IMG/VR virus record: IMGVR_UViG_3300037089_000506 | Strand: one strand, 5' to 3' | Source of the DNA: a virus | Length of the DNA: 64,000 nt | In this document: positions 28,507-36,658 of the stretch, piece after piece | How the letters are laid out: the number at the start of each line of letters is the position of its first letter | Numbering within the stretch: the stretch's first letter is position 1 | Translations under genes and position numbers: made by a program | The notes under the pieces: model-generated | The model's database searches: none | What the model was told of the DNA's origin: nothing | What the model saw: only the letters and a program-made list of their open reading frames with translations

Positions 28507-28549
28507 AATCTCCTGTATATAGTATAATGTAAATATAGGAGATTGTCCA
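28507..28549 (-). promoter_or_regulatory. Sigma70-type promoter TGGACA-17-TATACT with an inverted repeat covering the SD
   Basis: -35 at 28544-28549, -10 at 28521-28526; AATCTCCT (28537-28544) / AGGAGATT (28507-28514) inverted repeat. Confidence 0.7.
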
Positions 28550-28553
28550 CTTT

Positions 28554-29054
28554 TTAGAGATTTTTGAGGTGTTTGAGTTTTGATAATATAGATTCAGAAA
28601 AGAAAGCATCTACGGTTGCAGTCTTATTCGGACTGTTAGGTAGTGCTCCAGAGTGCTCATCACCTTTATTAGAGTTACCAGTATTTATCTGATTGATAAT
28701 CTTCATTTCAGTTTCTGCTCTTTTTTCTACAGGAACTATAATGCTCTTTCTTTGGTGTCCAGACTCTTCTTGGGCAAGAGTATCGCAATAAATTTGTGCT
28801 TCGTCTTCGCTTTGGAACGTATCTGAATCGTAATCAACAATACCCCCATCAGATATAAGTAAGCTAAAGGCGACAAAATTAATCCCCATGGCTTTTTCTC
28901 CATCAGGATCAGGGAAACGAGTAAAATTTGCTTGGGTTTGGGAGCCTAAAGTTCTGTCTGAAGAGGAATATTTATTATCAGAGGGATTATCGCTTTTAGC
29001 ATAATAATTGTTATTAGATGCAAATGCATAACTGTTTTTCTGGCCTGGGTTCAT
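28554..29054 (-). CDS. Hypothetical late protein
   Basis: 166-aa ORF with leaderless late promoter. Confidence 0.6.
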   Translation of the reverse strand: MNPGQKNSYAFASNNNYYAKSDNPSDNKYSSSDRTLGSQTQANFTRFPDPDGEKAMGINFVAFSLLISDGGIVDYDSDTFQSEDEAQIYCDTLAQEESGHQRKSIIVPVEKRAETEMKIINQINTGNSNKGDEHSGALPNSPNKTATVDAFFSESILSKLKHLKNL

Positions 29055-29059
29055 GCCTA

Positions 29060-29065
29060 ATTAGT
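29060..29065 (-). promoter_or_regulatory. Late promoter motif ACTAAT (leaderless)
   Basis: ACTAAT TAGGC ATG. Confidence 0.7.
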
Positions 29066-29069
29066 CTTA

Positions 29070-29627
29070 CTACTTGCATATCCTCCTAACTATTTTGTTT
29101 GAGGGTAATAAAAGTGAGGGGTCATGCAAATCTTTAATATAATCTATTGGAGTTAATACTCCATAAGAGGTATTGGGGGATTTATGTATTGTGTGCCCTT
29201 CAATAAATATACCTCTAATTATACGATCAAATAATTTTTTCGTATCCATAATAAGCTCTAAATCATGATTGCTTCCTTTTACCCATTTTAAATTTTCTTT
29301 ATCTTCACGTAAGAATCTATAAATAAATACTGACACTTTTTCCAGATACGCTTTATAAATCCCCCCTACAATGCCGCTCTGACTAAAAAATTCCATAAAA
29401 GTTCTACCAGTATATCTATTTATACTAGGGTTATCTTCAACATGACTATCTAATTTTACTTCTACTACTCTTGTATCCCTATTAATATAAGTATCAAACC
29501 AATCTAAACTTCTATTATTTTTTTCTTCTCTAGTTTTTAGTACAATACAATCAGGATGATCCTTTTGAATAATAGTTAGTCCACTTTCTTCTGCTATGAC
29601 ATCAGATTCAAATTTAAAATGTCCCAT
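29070..29627 (-). CDS. Hypothetical protein
   Basis: 185-aa ORF with SD AAGGAG. Confidence 0.6.
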   Translation of the reverse strand: MGHFKFESDVIAEESGLTIIQKDHPDCIVLKTREEKNNRSLDWFDTYINRDTRVVEVKLDSHVEDNPSINRYTGRTFMEFFSQSGIVGGIYKAYLEKVSVFIYRFLREDKENLKWVKGSNHDLELIMDTKKLFDRIIRGIFIEGHTIHKSPNTSYGVLTPIDYIKDLHDPSLLLPSNKIVRRICK

Positions 29628-29641
29628 TTATTGCTCCTTTT

Positions 29642-30562
29642 TCAAAATTCACCGAAAGCTTTATCCTTTTTCTTTCCATATAGCTTTTTAGCTTCAGTTG
29701 TCCATCTTTTTTCCACATCATCCATATCAATATCATCACTAAAATCTATCTCACTACCCTCAGGAGAAGAAGTAAGCCTTTTACGTGCAATCTCACAATA
29801 CTCTTCTGATATGTCAATACCTATAAATCTCCTTTCCAATAATTTTGCCATTTTAGTTGTAGTTCCACTACCATTGAATGGGTCTAGTATTAAATCACCC
29901 TTATTTGTCCATGTCAATATATGGTCCCCTACTAATCCTTCAGGGAATATTGCTGGATGTTTGGAAGCAAAGTCATCAGAAGATGAATAGTTTTTTCCTG
30001 TAGCATACTTCCATATATTTGTTCTTGGGGATAAATCAGCAACAGGCCTTCTGTCTATTTCAACCAATTCACCATCTCTTTCCCTTTTTGTCATTTTACC
30101 AAAACCCTTCCATCCTGCCCAAGCATTAGGCTTGTCTACCAATAGATGTGCAGTTGTTGGTGTTCCCTTTGAGAATACAAACATATATTCAAATACTTGA
30201 GAATATCTATTCCCTGTTATTGATGCTGGAAAGGCAGAAGAATTCTTTTTATATATCATTGTATCATGAAGATTCAACCCTAATTCCATAAAGTATAATG
30301 CTTGTCTAAACGAATTTCCTGTCTCACTTTTATTTTTTACTTGATCTCCAACTACCCAAACAATAACACCACCGGGGGCCAATACTCTTACCAATTGATT
30401 AGCAATTCCCTTGAAATCAAAGTCATATTCTTCTTTTTTATCCTTATTATAGATACGTAAATCATCATAAGGAGGAGAAGTAATAACGCAATCTACCACA
30501 TTATCTTTTATAGTAGATAAAAGTTTGTTAGAATCACCACAATAAATATGATTTATAAGCAT
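29642..30562 (-). CDS. DNA amino-methyltransferase, beta class (N4-cytosine/N6-adenine)
   Basis: Motif IV ITSPPY precedes motif I DPFNGSGTT; HPAIFPE; IGIDISEEY. Confidence 0.92.
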   Translation of the reverse strand: MLINHIYCGDSNKLLSTIKDNVVDCVITSPPYDDLRIYNKDKKEEYDFDFKGIANQLVRVLAPGGVIVWVVGDQVKNKSETGNSFRQALYFMELGLNLHDTMIYKKNSSAFPASITGNRYSQVFEYMFVFSKGTPTTAHLLVDKPNAWAGWKGFGKMTKRERDGELVEIDRRPVADLSPRTNIWKYATGKNYSSSDDFASKHPAIFPEGLVGDHILTWTNKGDLILDPFNGSGTTTKMAKLLERRFIGIDISEEYCEIARKRLTSSPEGSEIDFSDDIDMDDVEKRWTTEAKKLYGKKKDKAFGEF

Positions 30563-30820
30563 TTAACCCCTCATTTGAAATAAGAAATAATCTATCTTAT
30601 TCCTGTACACCCTTTCTATCTCTCTATGCACAGCAAGAAATGAATCTATATTGAATTCTTCTTGTGTCTGATCTTTTATACTTTCCAGTGCAGAATTCAA
30701 AAAAAATAAACTTTCTTCTCTAGTCATATTGAATTCCTTACCATCCGTGTGTAGTATAAACGTTTGCTCCTCTTTTTCTAATAGAGCAATCAAAAAAGAT
30801 AAAGTTTCTTCTCTAGTCAT
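30563..30820 (-). CDS. Hypothetical protein with an internal duplication
   Basis: MTREETLSFL and MTREESLFFL repeats. Confidence 0.55.
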   Translation of the reverse strand: MTREETLSFLIALLEKEEQTFILHTDGKEFNMTREESLFFLNSALESIKDQTQEEFNIDSFLAVHREIERVYRNKIDYFLFQMRG

Positions 30821-30883
30821 GTTTTTGTAATTTTTTTTCCATCTCTGTAGTAAACCATTTAACAGATTCTCGCACTTCCATAA

Positions 30884-31141
30884 TTACTCCTTATTAGCTA
30901 TTTCAGCCAGAACATCTCCATGACAATCTAATGGTGAACACCAACAACCTAATATTTTACCTTTTAGTTCTTTGATAATCTCTTCCTCAGTAAAAGCAGT
31001 TTTTATATATTCTTTATATTTTTCTACTACCTCATACCGAGTCCCATCCCTACCTATCTCAAAAGGGTTGCCCCATTTAGAAGGTCTACCTATATAGATA
31101 TCATAAATATCATGTTTACAATGAACTACATAGGGATTTAT
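30884..31141 (-). CDS. DUF4326 family protein (start probably the ATA at 31139-31141)
   Basis: VVHCK..DIYIGRPSKWGNPF..ELKGKILGCWCSPLDCHGDVL; SD AGGAG 7 nt upstream of ATA. Confidence 0.75.
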   Translation of the reverse strand: MNPYVVHCKHDIYDIYIGRPSKWGNPFEIGRDGTRYEVVEKYKEYIKTAFTEEEIIKELKGKILGCWCSPLDCHGDVLAEIANKE

Positions 31142-31841
31142 TTTATTTCTCCTTTCCAAACTATATCTGCATCTTTTCCTGAATGTAAATACCAATAAGT
31201 ACCATCAAAACTTGGTACTAATCCTTTTTCCCATAAAGGTAGAATACAATCAAATTCATATCCATATTTGATGGTAAAAAATGAAGATATATATATGCCC
31301 ACACCGAACTCCACACCGAATTCCACACCGAAACCCACATCGAATTCCTCACCGAAACCCACATCGAATTCCTCACCGAAACCCACACCGAATTCCCCAC
31401 CGAATCCCACATCGAATTCCTCACCGAATCCCCCACCGAATTCCTCACCGAATCCCACACCGAAGCCCATTTTTTTAATTGAACTATATCTGAATCAATA
31501 ACCTCAACTTTAGGTAAAGAAAAAGGATTAATAATTGGCTTTATTATTAATTGAGGTATAATTGTTTTGAAATCTAAACTTCTAACCCATAACTCTGCTG
31601 AAGTAATTATTTCTTCTGAAATATCTGGTTTCCTATACTTATTATCATTTTCAAATTTTTTAGTCAAAGGATTGAATTCAAAGAAATTCCATTTATCTTG
31701 AACTTTTGGGGGTGTATTAAAATGAGTTAAAATATATGTATGGGAATCACAATTTTCTTTCAAATTATCTTTACGATATTCCCAATCTAAATATTTGTAA
31801 TTCCTATAATCATCAGCACAGAAACTAAAAAAATTACACAT
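31138..31841 (-). pseudogene. SV(W/R/G)x tetrapeptide-repeat protein split by an apparent +2 frameshift in an (AT)5 run
   Basis: Removing one AT at 31287-31296 joins ...SVWAYI to SSFFTIKYGYEF..LWEKGLVPSFDG..LHSGK, giving one continuous protein ending at 31138. Confidence 0.6.
31298..31468. repeat. Degenerate 12-bp tandem repeat, about 14 units (CCACACCGAATT-like)
   Basis: Directly visible; encodes SVWD/SVRN/SMWV repeats on the minus strand. Confidence 0.9.
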
Positions 31842-33029
31842 TTATTTCTCCTGTAATTTAGGAAGATAAATTTCCTGTCGATTACATCGTAATATAACTG
31901 CTCTATGTTCATTATCCATATAGAAGTCAATAATATCACTAGCATCAAGATTATGGATAAAATCTATCATCGATGTTATTAATACCACTGAAGATACATT
32001 ACTATATTCCTTATTTATTGTCAAGTCCACAGTGCGCTCCACATGCGAGGAATTATAGCCTACAACCCCTGAATTCTTGAGGGTGAATTTAATACCAGTA
32101 GGTAGTGTCTCCAACCAAAGAGTTTTATAGGAAACTTTATTTGTATAGAAACCAATAAAAAAGTTTAATAATTCTTGTAGTTCCTTTTTACTATAGGAGA
32201 ACACAGATTCGGTGGGAGCTAATCGTATTAAATCTTCAGTAGTGGGAGGAGTTATATTAGACATTGAATTATTGAGTTTGGCTTTAAACCCATACTTCTC
32301 ATCATAGATATATACTTGTTTTTCTATAATGAAAAACTCCATCTTTCCTTTTTTAGCATTTAGATTCAATATAGTCTTTGCTACTTTCTTATGGAGAGAT
32401 AAAGGAGGGGCAGTGATAGGGAGGGGGTCAATAAGTCCATACATATAAATATGCCTATTATCATTAGCAATGAGTTGATCCTGATAAATAGCAATAGCAT
32501 TATTTCTTACATCATCCTCAATAAAGGATAAACAGTTATTGAGCCCATCGAAGAAATATTCTCTGCCCCCATTAAGCCTATGGGAATCTAAAAGAATTGC
32601 CCCTGAAACAGTGATTTCCAACCCTTTCATCAGGATACCTATTTCCTCTATTTCGTTTTTCTTTGGAACCAGATGAACAAAATCTATCTTATCTTTTCCA
32701 CAGATAAATTCAAAGAGGGAGCCCTTATCGGTTATTTCAATAGTCATAACTAAACTCTTTCTTTGCTCTTCTGTATAAGTAGAGATTAAATGAACCAAAT
32801 TTTCAGAGTATATCATGAGAGCACATTCTTCAAACTCCGAATCTATTGTGGCGGGTATAGTAATAGCTGCCGTCATAATATTTCCTTTTATAAAAAAGGA
32901 AAAGATATTCTTTTTGTAATAAAGATACGAATCTAGGTTCTCCAATTGTATGTCCGAGTTAGCCCCCTTGACAATTCCCGATAATTGTAGTAAGTTAGAA
33001 AAGTCAAGATTAGTGGCAGAAAGCTTCAT
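31842..33029 (-). CDS. Sliding clamp, bacterial beta-clamp-like
   Basis: 395 aa with alternating beta/alpha periodicity; LIANDNRHIY resembles the beta-clamp ATDGHRL segment; sigma70 promoter upstream. Confidence 0.5.
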   Translation of the reverse strand: MKLSATNLDFSNLLQLSGIVKGANSDIQLENLDSYLYYKKNIFSFFIKGNIMTAAITIPATIDSEFEECALMIYSENLVHLISTYTEEQRKSLVMTIEITDKGSLFEFICGKDKIDFVHLVPKKNEIEEIGILMKGLEITVSGAILLDSHRLNGGREYFFDGLNNCLSFIEDDVRNNAIAIYQDQLIANDNRHIYMYGLIDPLPITAPPLSLHKKVAKTILNLNAKKGKMEFFIIEKQVYIYDEKYGFKAKLNNSMSNITPPTTEDLIRLAPTESVFSYSKKELQELLNFFIGFYTNKVSYKTLWLETLPTGIKFTLKNSGVVGYNSSHVERTVDLTINKEYSNVSSVVLITSMIDFIHNLDASDIIDFYMDNEHRAVILRCNRQEIYLPKLQEK

Positions 33030-33051
33030 ATAAATACCATCCTATAAGGGG

Positions 33052-33080
33052 AGTATACTAGCGATGAAGTAAAAAGTCAA
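33052..33080 (-). promoter_or_regulatory. Sigma70-type promoter TTGACT-17-TATACT
   Basis: -35 at 33075-33080, -10 at 33052-33057. Confidence 0.75.
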
Positions 33081-33090
33081 GAGGGGAAAA

Positions 33091-33714
33091 ATGACTGATT
33101 ATGAACTAGTGTGTAAAGCAAAAACAGATCAGACTTATATGTATAACTTATATAAGAAATATGAACATCTTATTCAGGGGAATTATCGAACATTTTTACA
33201 GATAAACCCCTCCACAGATTTTGAGTTCGAGGATTATATGAGTGAGGCGTATCTTATATTAAATAAGACTGTATCCTCTTTTAATCCTAATAAGATTCAA
33301 GACCCAGAAAAATGGAAATTTACTTCATTCTTCATAGAGGGGCTTCTGTGGAATAATTTGGCTACATATAAAAAATCTAATGAGAAATATTGTAAGAAAA
33401 AGAAGAATAATGAGGATAGGGAAAAGTATAGACAAGTTAAAAATACTATCTATAAATCTTTATATGCTTTTATTGATAGGCTACATTATAAAGATACTAC
33501 TATTGAAGCTGTGGAAAACGCCTTACAAATAGAAAATTTCATAGCAATACTATCCCCCCAAGAAAAGACTATAATAAATAATTATTTTATTCCAGGGGAA
33601 AGAAACAGAATCCCTTCCATGAGGGAAATAGGTATACGAATGGGTATGTCCAAGCAGCGTATTAGCGTTATCGTTCGAAAAATGAAAATAAAGTGGCAAT
33701 CACTCGAAAATTGA
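33091..33714 (+). CDS. RNA polymerase sigma70-family factor (regions 2 and 4)
   Basis: FEDYMSEAYLILNKTVSSFNP..FTSF; LSPQEKTII..SMREIGIRMGMSKQRISVI HTH. Confidence 0.85.
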   Translation: MTDYELVCKAKTDQTYMYNLYKKYEHLIQGNYRTFLQINPSTDFEFEDYMSEAYLILNKTVSSFNPNKIQDPEKWKFTSFFIEGLLWNNLATYKKSNEKYCKKKKNNEDREKYRQVKNTIYKSLYAFIDRLHYKDTTIEAVENALQIENFIAILSPQEKTIINNYFIPGERNRIPSMREIGIRMGMSKQRISVIVRKMKIKWQSLEN

Positions 33715-33728
33715 TTTTTATGAGTTAT

Positions 33729-33734
33729 ACTAAT
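33729..33734 (+). promoter_or_regulatory. Late promoter motif ACTAAT upstream of Hsp20
   Basis: ACTAAT TATAT G, followed by a hairpin-containing leader and SD GGAGG. Confidence 0.5.
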
Positions 33735-33791
33735 TATATGGATTTTGATTACGCTGGATCAACCAGGTAATCGTTTTATAGGAGGGCTGGC

Positions 33792-34265
33792 ATGGAAGGA
33801 TGCGGCTGTCGTGTTAGGGTGATTCCCAGTGGCTTTGGCTTTGGGGGTATCGAAGAGGCGTTCAGGATGTTTCATGAGATGATGGGCTCCATGGGAGAGG
33901 CTGTCTCACAATTTCCTGCAAATTTAGTATGTGGGGATTTTCCTCCAACTAATATTATTACCGATAAGGATGAAAACTTTATCGTACAAATGTCCGTTGC
34001 AGGATATCCTGAAGATGGAGTAGTACTGAGCTACAAAGACGAATATCTTGTAGTTACTTGTACTCCTGATGAGAAACAATTTGACGGTCTTACTGTCAAA
34101 ATGCGTGGTATTCGTAATTCGAAGGGGCAAAAGAAAATTCTTGTGCCTTCTGCTGAATTCGATGTAAACAAAGCTAATGCTGCTACCAAAGAGGGAATCT
34201 TGACAATAATGATTCCTCGTAAAGAAGAGGCAAAGCCTGTTTCCATTCCTATTTCTAAGGGATAA
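33792..34265 (+). CDS. Small heat-shock protein (Hsp20/alpha-crystallin)
   Basis: PPTNII..FIVQMSVAGY..A..KEGILTIMIPRKEEAKPVSIPI. Confidence 0.92.
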   Translation: MEGCGCRVRVIPSGFGFGGIEEAFRMFHEMMGSMGEAVSQFPANLVCGDFPPTNIITDKDENFIVQMSVAGYPEDGVVLSYKDEYLVVTCTPDEKQFDGLTVKMRGIRNSKGQKKILVPSAEFDVNKANAATKEGILTIMIPRKEEAKPVSIPISKG

Positions 34266-34270
34266 ACACC

Positions 34271-34299
34271 AAAGGAGAGATTAATTCTCTCCTTTTTTT
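34271..34299 (+). terminator. Intrinsic terminator
   Basis: AAAGGAGAGA-TTAAT-TCTCTCCTTT plus T run. Confidence 0.85.
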
Positions 34300-34300
34300 A

Positions 34301-34329
34301 TTGACAATTTTTAAAAAAAAAGGTATACT
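34301..34329 (+). promoter_or_regulatory. Early sigma70 promoter TTGACA-17-TATACT (A9 run in spacer)
   Basis: Near-consensus hexamers, 17-nt spacer A-T5-A9-GG. Confidence 0.85.
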
Positions 34330-34349
34330 CTCAAATAAAGGAGACTACA

Positions 34350-34559
34350 ATGAATGAAGCACAGAAACTAGCAATAAAGAAGTTTGAGAAATCTTGGGTA
34401 GTAGATACTAATTTTATAGGGGAACCTATTGTGTATACACATAAAGGAAATTCGCCCGTAATAGAAGAATATGTGATAACCAAAAATGGTGAGGCTATCC
34501 ATACTGCTACTTATCCACGAACAGTGAAACTTAGAGATGAGCTAAAGAGGTATATATAA
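34350..34559 (+). CDS. Early hypothetical protein
   Basis: SD AAGGAG; directly after the promoter. Confidence 0.7.
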   Translation: MNEAQKLAIKKFEKSWVVDTNFIGEPIVYTHKGNSPVIEEYVITKNGEAIHTATYPRTVKLRDELKRYI

Positions 34560-34798
34560 TGGTACAAATGGGAACTATAGCAAATTTTGAAGAAGGGCTG
34601 ATATTCAATATTGGTACCCTCTATCTTCAAAATTCTAATAAAAAATTTGATGTAGTTCCCTGTGAGACAAAAAAAACCAAACAAGCATTTAATGCTATAT
34701 TTGGTACCACTAATATTCAATCGTTAGCAGGAAAGAATATACAGTATGATGTGAAAGATGGAATGCTCTCATGGATAGGGTTGGATTATGGCAACTAA
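34559..34798 (+). CDS. Early hypothetical protein
   Basis: TAATG coupling to the previous ORF. Confidence 0.65.
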   Translation: MVQMGTIANFEEGLIFNIGTLYLQNSNKKFDVVPCETKKTKQAFNAIFGTTNIQSLAGKNIQYDVKDGMLSWIGLDYGN

Positions 34799-34958
34799 AC
34801 TTCAACTGTTCTCCTATATGAAGAAAATTATGGCTACCTCTAAATATACAGTGTATGGAGGGAGAAGGGTAAAAACATATCAGGTTCCAGGAACAAAAGA
34901 TTTTATAGAGCATCATAAAGCTAGTTCTGAACTAGCTGAACTTATTCTAAAGGAATAA
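34788..34958 (+). CDS. Early hypothetical protein (56 aa, below track cut-off)
   Basis: MATKLQLFSYMKK...ELILKE; overlaps the previous stop; followed by a terminator. Confidence 0.55.
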   Translation: MATKLQLFSYMKKIMATSKYTVYGGRRVKTYQVPGTKDFIEHHKASSELAELILKE

Positions 34959-34978
34959 TACTACACAATTGTAGAGTA

Positions 34979-35008
34979 AAAAGAGAGGGTATTTCCTCTC
35001 TTTTTTTT
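34979..35008 (+). terminator. Intrinsic terminator
   Basis: AAAAGAGAGG-GTATTT-CCTCTCTTTT plus T run. Confidence 0.8.
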
Positions 35009-35018
35009 ATTTTTATGC

Positions 35019-35047
35019 TTGACACTATACTAAAAATATAGTATTTT
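35019..35047 (+). promoter_or_regulatory. Probable early promoter TTGACA-17-TATTTT with internal ACTATA/TATAGT inverted repeat
   Basis: Consensus -35, weaker -10. Confidence 0.55.
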
Positions 35048-35105
35048 TATATTAGAGATAAGAAGTAGTGCGGACGACAAAGGGCGTCGGCTTAAGGAGA
35101 GTAAG

Positions 35106-35270
35106 ATGAATAAACCGGAAAAAAAGAGTTATTTTTATAAGTTGGAAAAAGGTAATTATGTTACTTGTCATTGGGACCCTAAAATGAAAATGTATTTTGA
35201 ATCTCAGTATCATAGTTATACCACTGCTCGTCATGCAGTGGCATGTGCTAATCGTGGGGAGGAATACTAA
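35106..35270 (+). CDS. Early hypothetical protein (54 aa)
   Basis: SD AAGGAG; MNKPEKKSYFYKLEKGNYVTCHWD... Confidence 0.6.
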   Translation: MNKPEKKSYFYKLEKGNYVTCHWDPKMKMYFESQYHSYTTARHAVACANRGEEY

Positions 35271-35292
35271 TCAATAAAAATTACGATTTTTA

Positions 35293-35321
35293 TTGACACA
35301 TGCCAATATAACATGTATACT
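35293..35321 (+). promoter_or_regulatory. Early sigma70 promoter TTGACA-17-TATACT
   Basis: Near-consensus hexamers at 35293-35298 and 35316-35321. Confidence 0.85.
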
Positions 35322-35344
35322 ATCTTTAGCTTGGGAGTAAGGAG

Positions 35345-36058
35345 ATGAACATGGAATCGATTGATAGGGTGAAGGATAAGATTCTGAAGCTGTTAGCTCT
35401 CTCGGAGTCTAACAATGTCAATGAGGCTGCTAGTGCTATGGAAAGGGCTAGAGCATTGCTTCTCCAATACAATCTTAATATGGGAGAGCTTGAAATTAAG
35501 TCTCTCATTAAAGAAGAGATTTACGATGAAGGAAAGGGGGAGCATGATTACGAAACAGCCCTTATATCTACTGTAGCTCTTTACAACCTATGTGAAATGT
35601 ATACTTATTATACTCAGGTGTGGATGAATCATCGTAGACATTCCCAATTTAAAAGAATACTAGTAGGGCAGGAACAGAATATAGTTTCAGCTCGTATTAT
35701 GATTAATTATGTATTCGAGGTTATGGAACGAGGAGCACAGAAAATAAAAGGTACAGGAAGGATTGAGGTAACATCCTATAAAAAGGCTTTTTGCCTTACT
35801 CTTTCTAATAGAATTTATAAAATGATTTTGGAAGCACGAATAAAAGAAAATAGTGAGTGTAGAGCATTGGTAATTGTAGCTACTGCTGAGGTTGACAAAT
35901 ATATGAAGGAGAAAGAGGGCATAACTCCAGGAAAGCCTATAGATACTAGCATCAAAGGCTTTCTGGGTGGGATTATGGGAGGACAGGATGCAATGAATGT
36001 ATCCTTAAATGAACAGATTAGCCAGAAGAAGGGTAACCTTCAGGCAATAGGAGCGTAA
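35345..36058 (+). CDS. DUF2786 domain protein
   Basis: DKILKLLALSESNNVNEAASAMERARALLLQYNL. Confidence 0.8.
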   Translation: MNMESIDRVKDKILKLLALSESNNVNEAASAMERARALLLQYNLNMGELEIKSLIKEEIYDEGKGEHDYETALISTVALYNLCEMYTYYTQVWMNHRRHSQFKRILVGQEQNIVSARIMINYVFEVMERGAQKIKGTGRIEVTSYKKAFCLTLSNRIYKMILEARIKENSECRALVIVATAEVDKYMKEKEGITPGKPIDTSIKGFLGGIMGGQDAMNVSLNEQISQKKGNLQAIGA

Positions 36059-36059
36059 T

Positions 36060-36236
36060 ATGAAAATCTTTATATTTTTTATTGGACTTATCATTTTCTT
36101 TGGTAATACTTTTGGATGTATAGCCTCCATACAAAGATTAAAAGAAAAGGATACTCTTCTACAAGAATTATTAATCGCTCTTAATATCCTTGGTGTCTTT
36201 ATAGGAGCATGTATCCTAAGAGGGTATATAAAATGA
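36060..36236 (+). CDS. Small two-TM membrane protein (58 aa)
   Basis: MKIFIFFIGLIIFFG...LLIALNILGVFIGACIL; SD AGGAG. Confidence 0.6.
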   Translation: MKIFIFFIGLIIFFGNTFGCIASIQRLKEKDTLLQELLIALNILGVFIGACILRGYIK

Positions 36237-36430
36237 TGTATTTCTACTTCAAACGAAAACGAACCAAAGTTGTGTTTAGAAGAAAAGTAGAAGCCAATTC
36301 CTTGCCTGAAGCTCAAAAAAAACTAGGAGAAAAGCTTCGTCCTGGAGATTACATTCAGAGTCCTTTGAGTGGAGTTTATTGGCGGTTTGATGGGCTTGAA
36401 TTTGAACCATATACCAGGATAATACTATGA
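36233..36430 (+). CDS. Early hypothetical protein (start re-called to 36233)
   Basis: ATGA overlap with the previous gene. Confidence 0.55.
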   Translation: MMYFYFKRKRTKVVFRRKVEANSLPEAQKKLGEKLRPGDYIQSPLSGVYWRFDGLEFEPYTRIIL

Positions 36431-36612
36431 CACAACAACAAAGATATATGGCACAAAAAATAGCTTCCATTCATGAAATACAAATAGAACCTGCTGAAAA
36501 AGGTGCTATTTATATTTCCAGTATAAATAAACGAGGAAAAAGAATACTCTGCTATAAAGTAAAACCCACAGGAAAAACGGAATTATTATTCGAAAAAGTA
36601 TTGACAAAATAA
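36427..36612 (+). CDS. Early hypothetical protein
   Basis: ATGA overlap. Confidence 0.6.
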   Translation: MTQQQRYMAQKIASIHEIQIEPAEKGAIYISSINKRGKRILCYKVKPTGKTELLFEKVLTK

Positions 36613-36629
36613 TAATAAAGAAGTAGTAT
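36601..36629 (+). promoter_or_regulatory. Early promoter TTGACA-17-TAGTAT
   Basis: Consensus -35 at 36601; TA-x3-T -10. Confidence 0.65.
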
Positions 36630-36658
36630 AATCATAGCTTAGATAAAGGAGACCATAA

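Noticed and set aside
28505-28609. Track start for the sigma-like ORF at 28609
   Set aside because: The extension overlaps the previous gene and the promoter; SD and promoter support ATG 28504
29619-29990. Plus-strand 123-aa ORF opposite the methylase, and similar shadows (49876..50289, 53469..53855, 63235..63630)
   Set aside because: Fully antisense to well-supported genes, with no independent signals
31298-31468. 12-bp array as a CRISPR array or non-coding repeat
   Set aside because: Units are contiguous with no unique spacers and read in frame as a peptide repeat; no cas genes in the window
31268-31501. Plus-strand ORFs 31268..31501 and 31281..31478 (PNSTPK / HRIP repeats)
   Set aside because: Shadow frames of the tandem repeat; the minus-strand gene has SD and operon context
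33735-33791. CIRCE, HAIR or ROSE heat-shock element before Hsp20
   Set aside because: No TTAGCACTC-N9-GAGTGCTAA or CTTGAGT-N7-ACTCAAG, and the hairpin does not cover the SD
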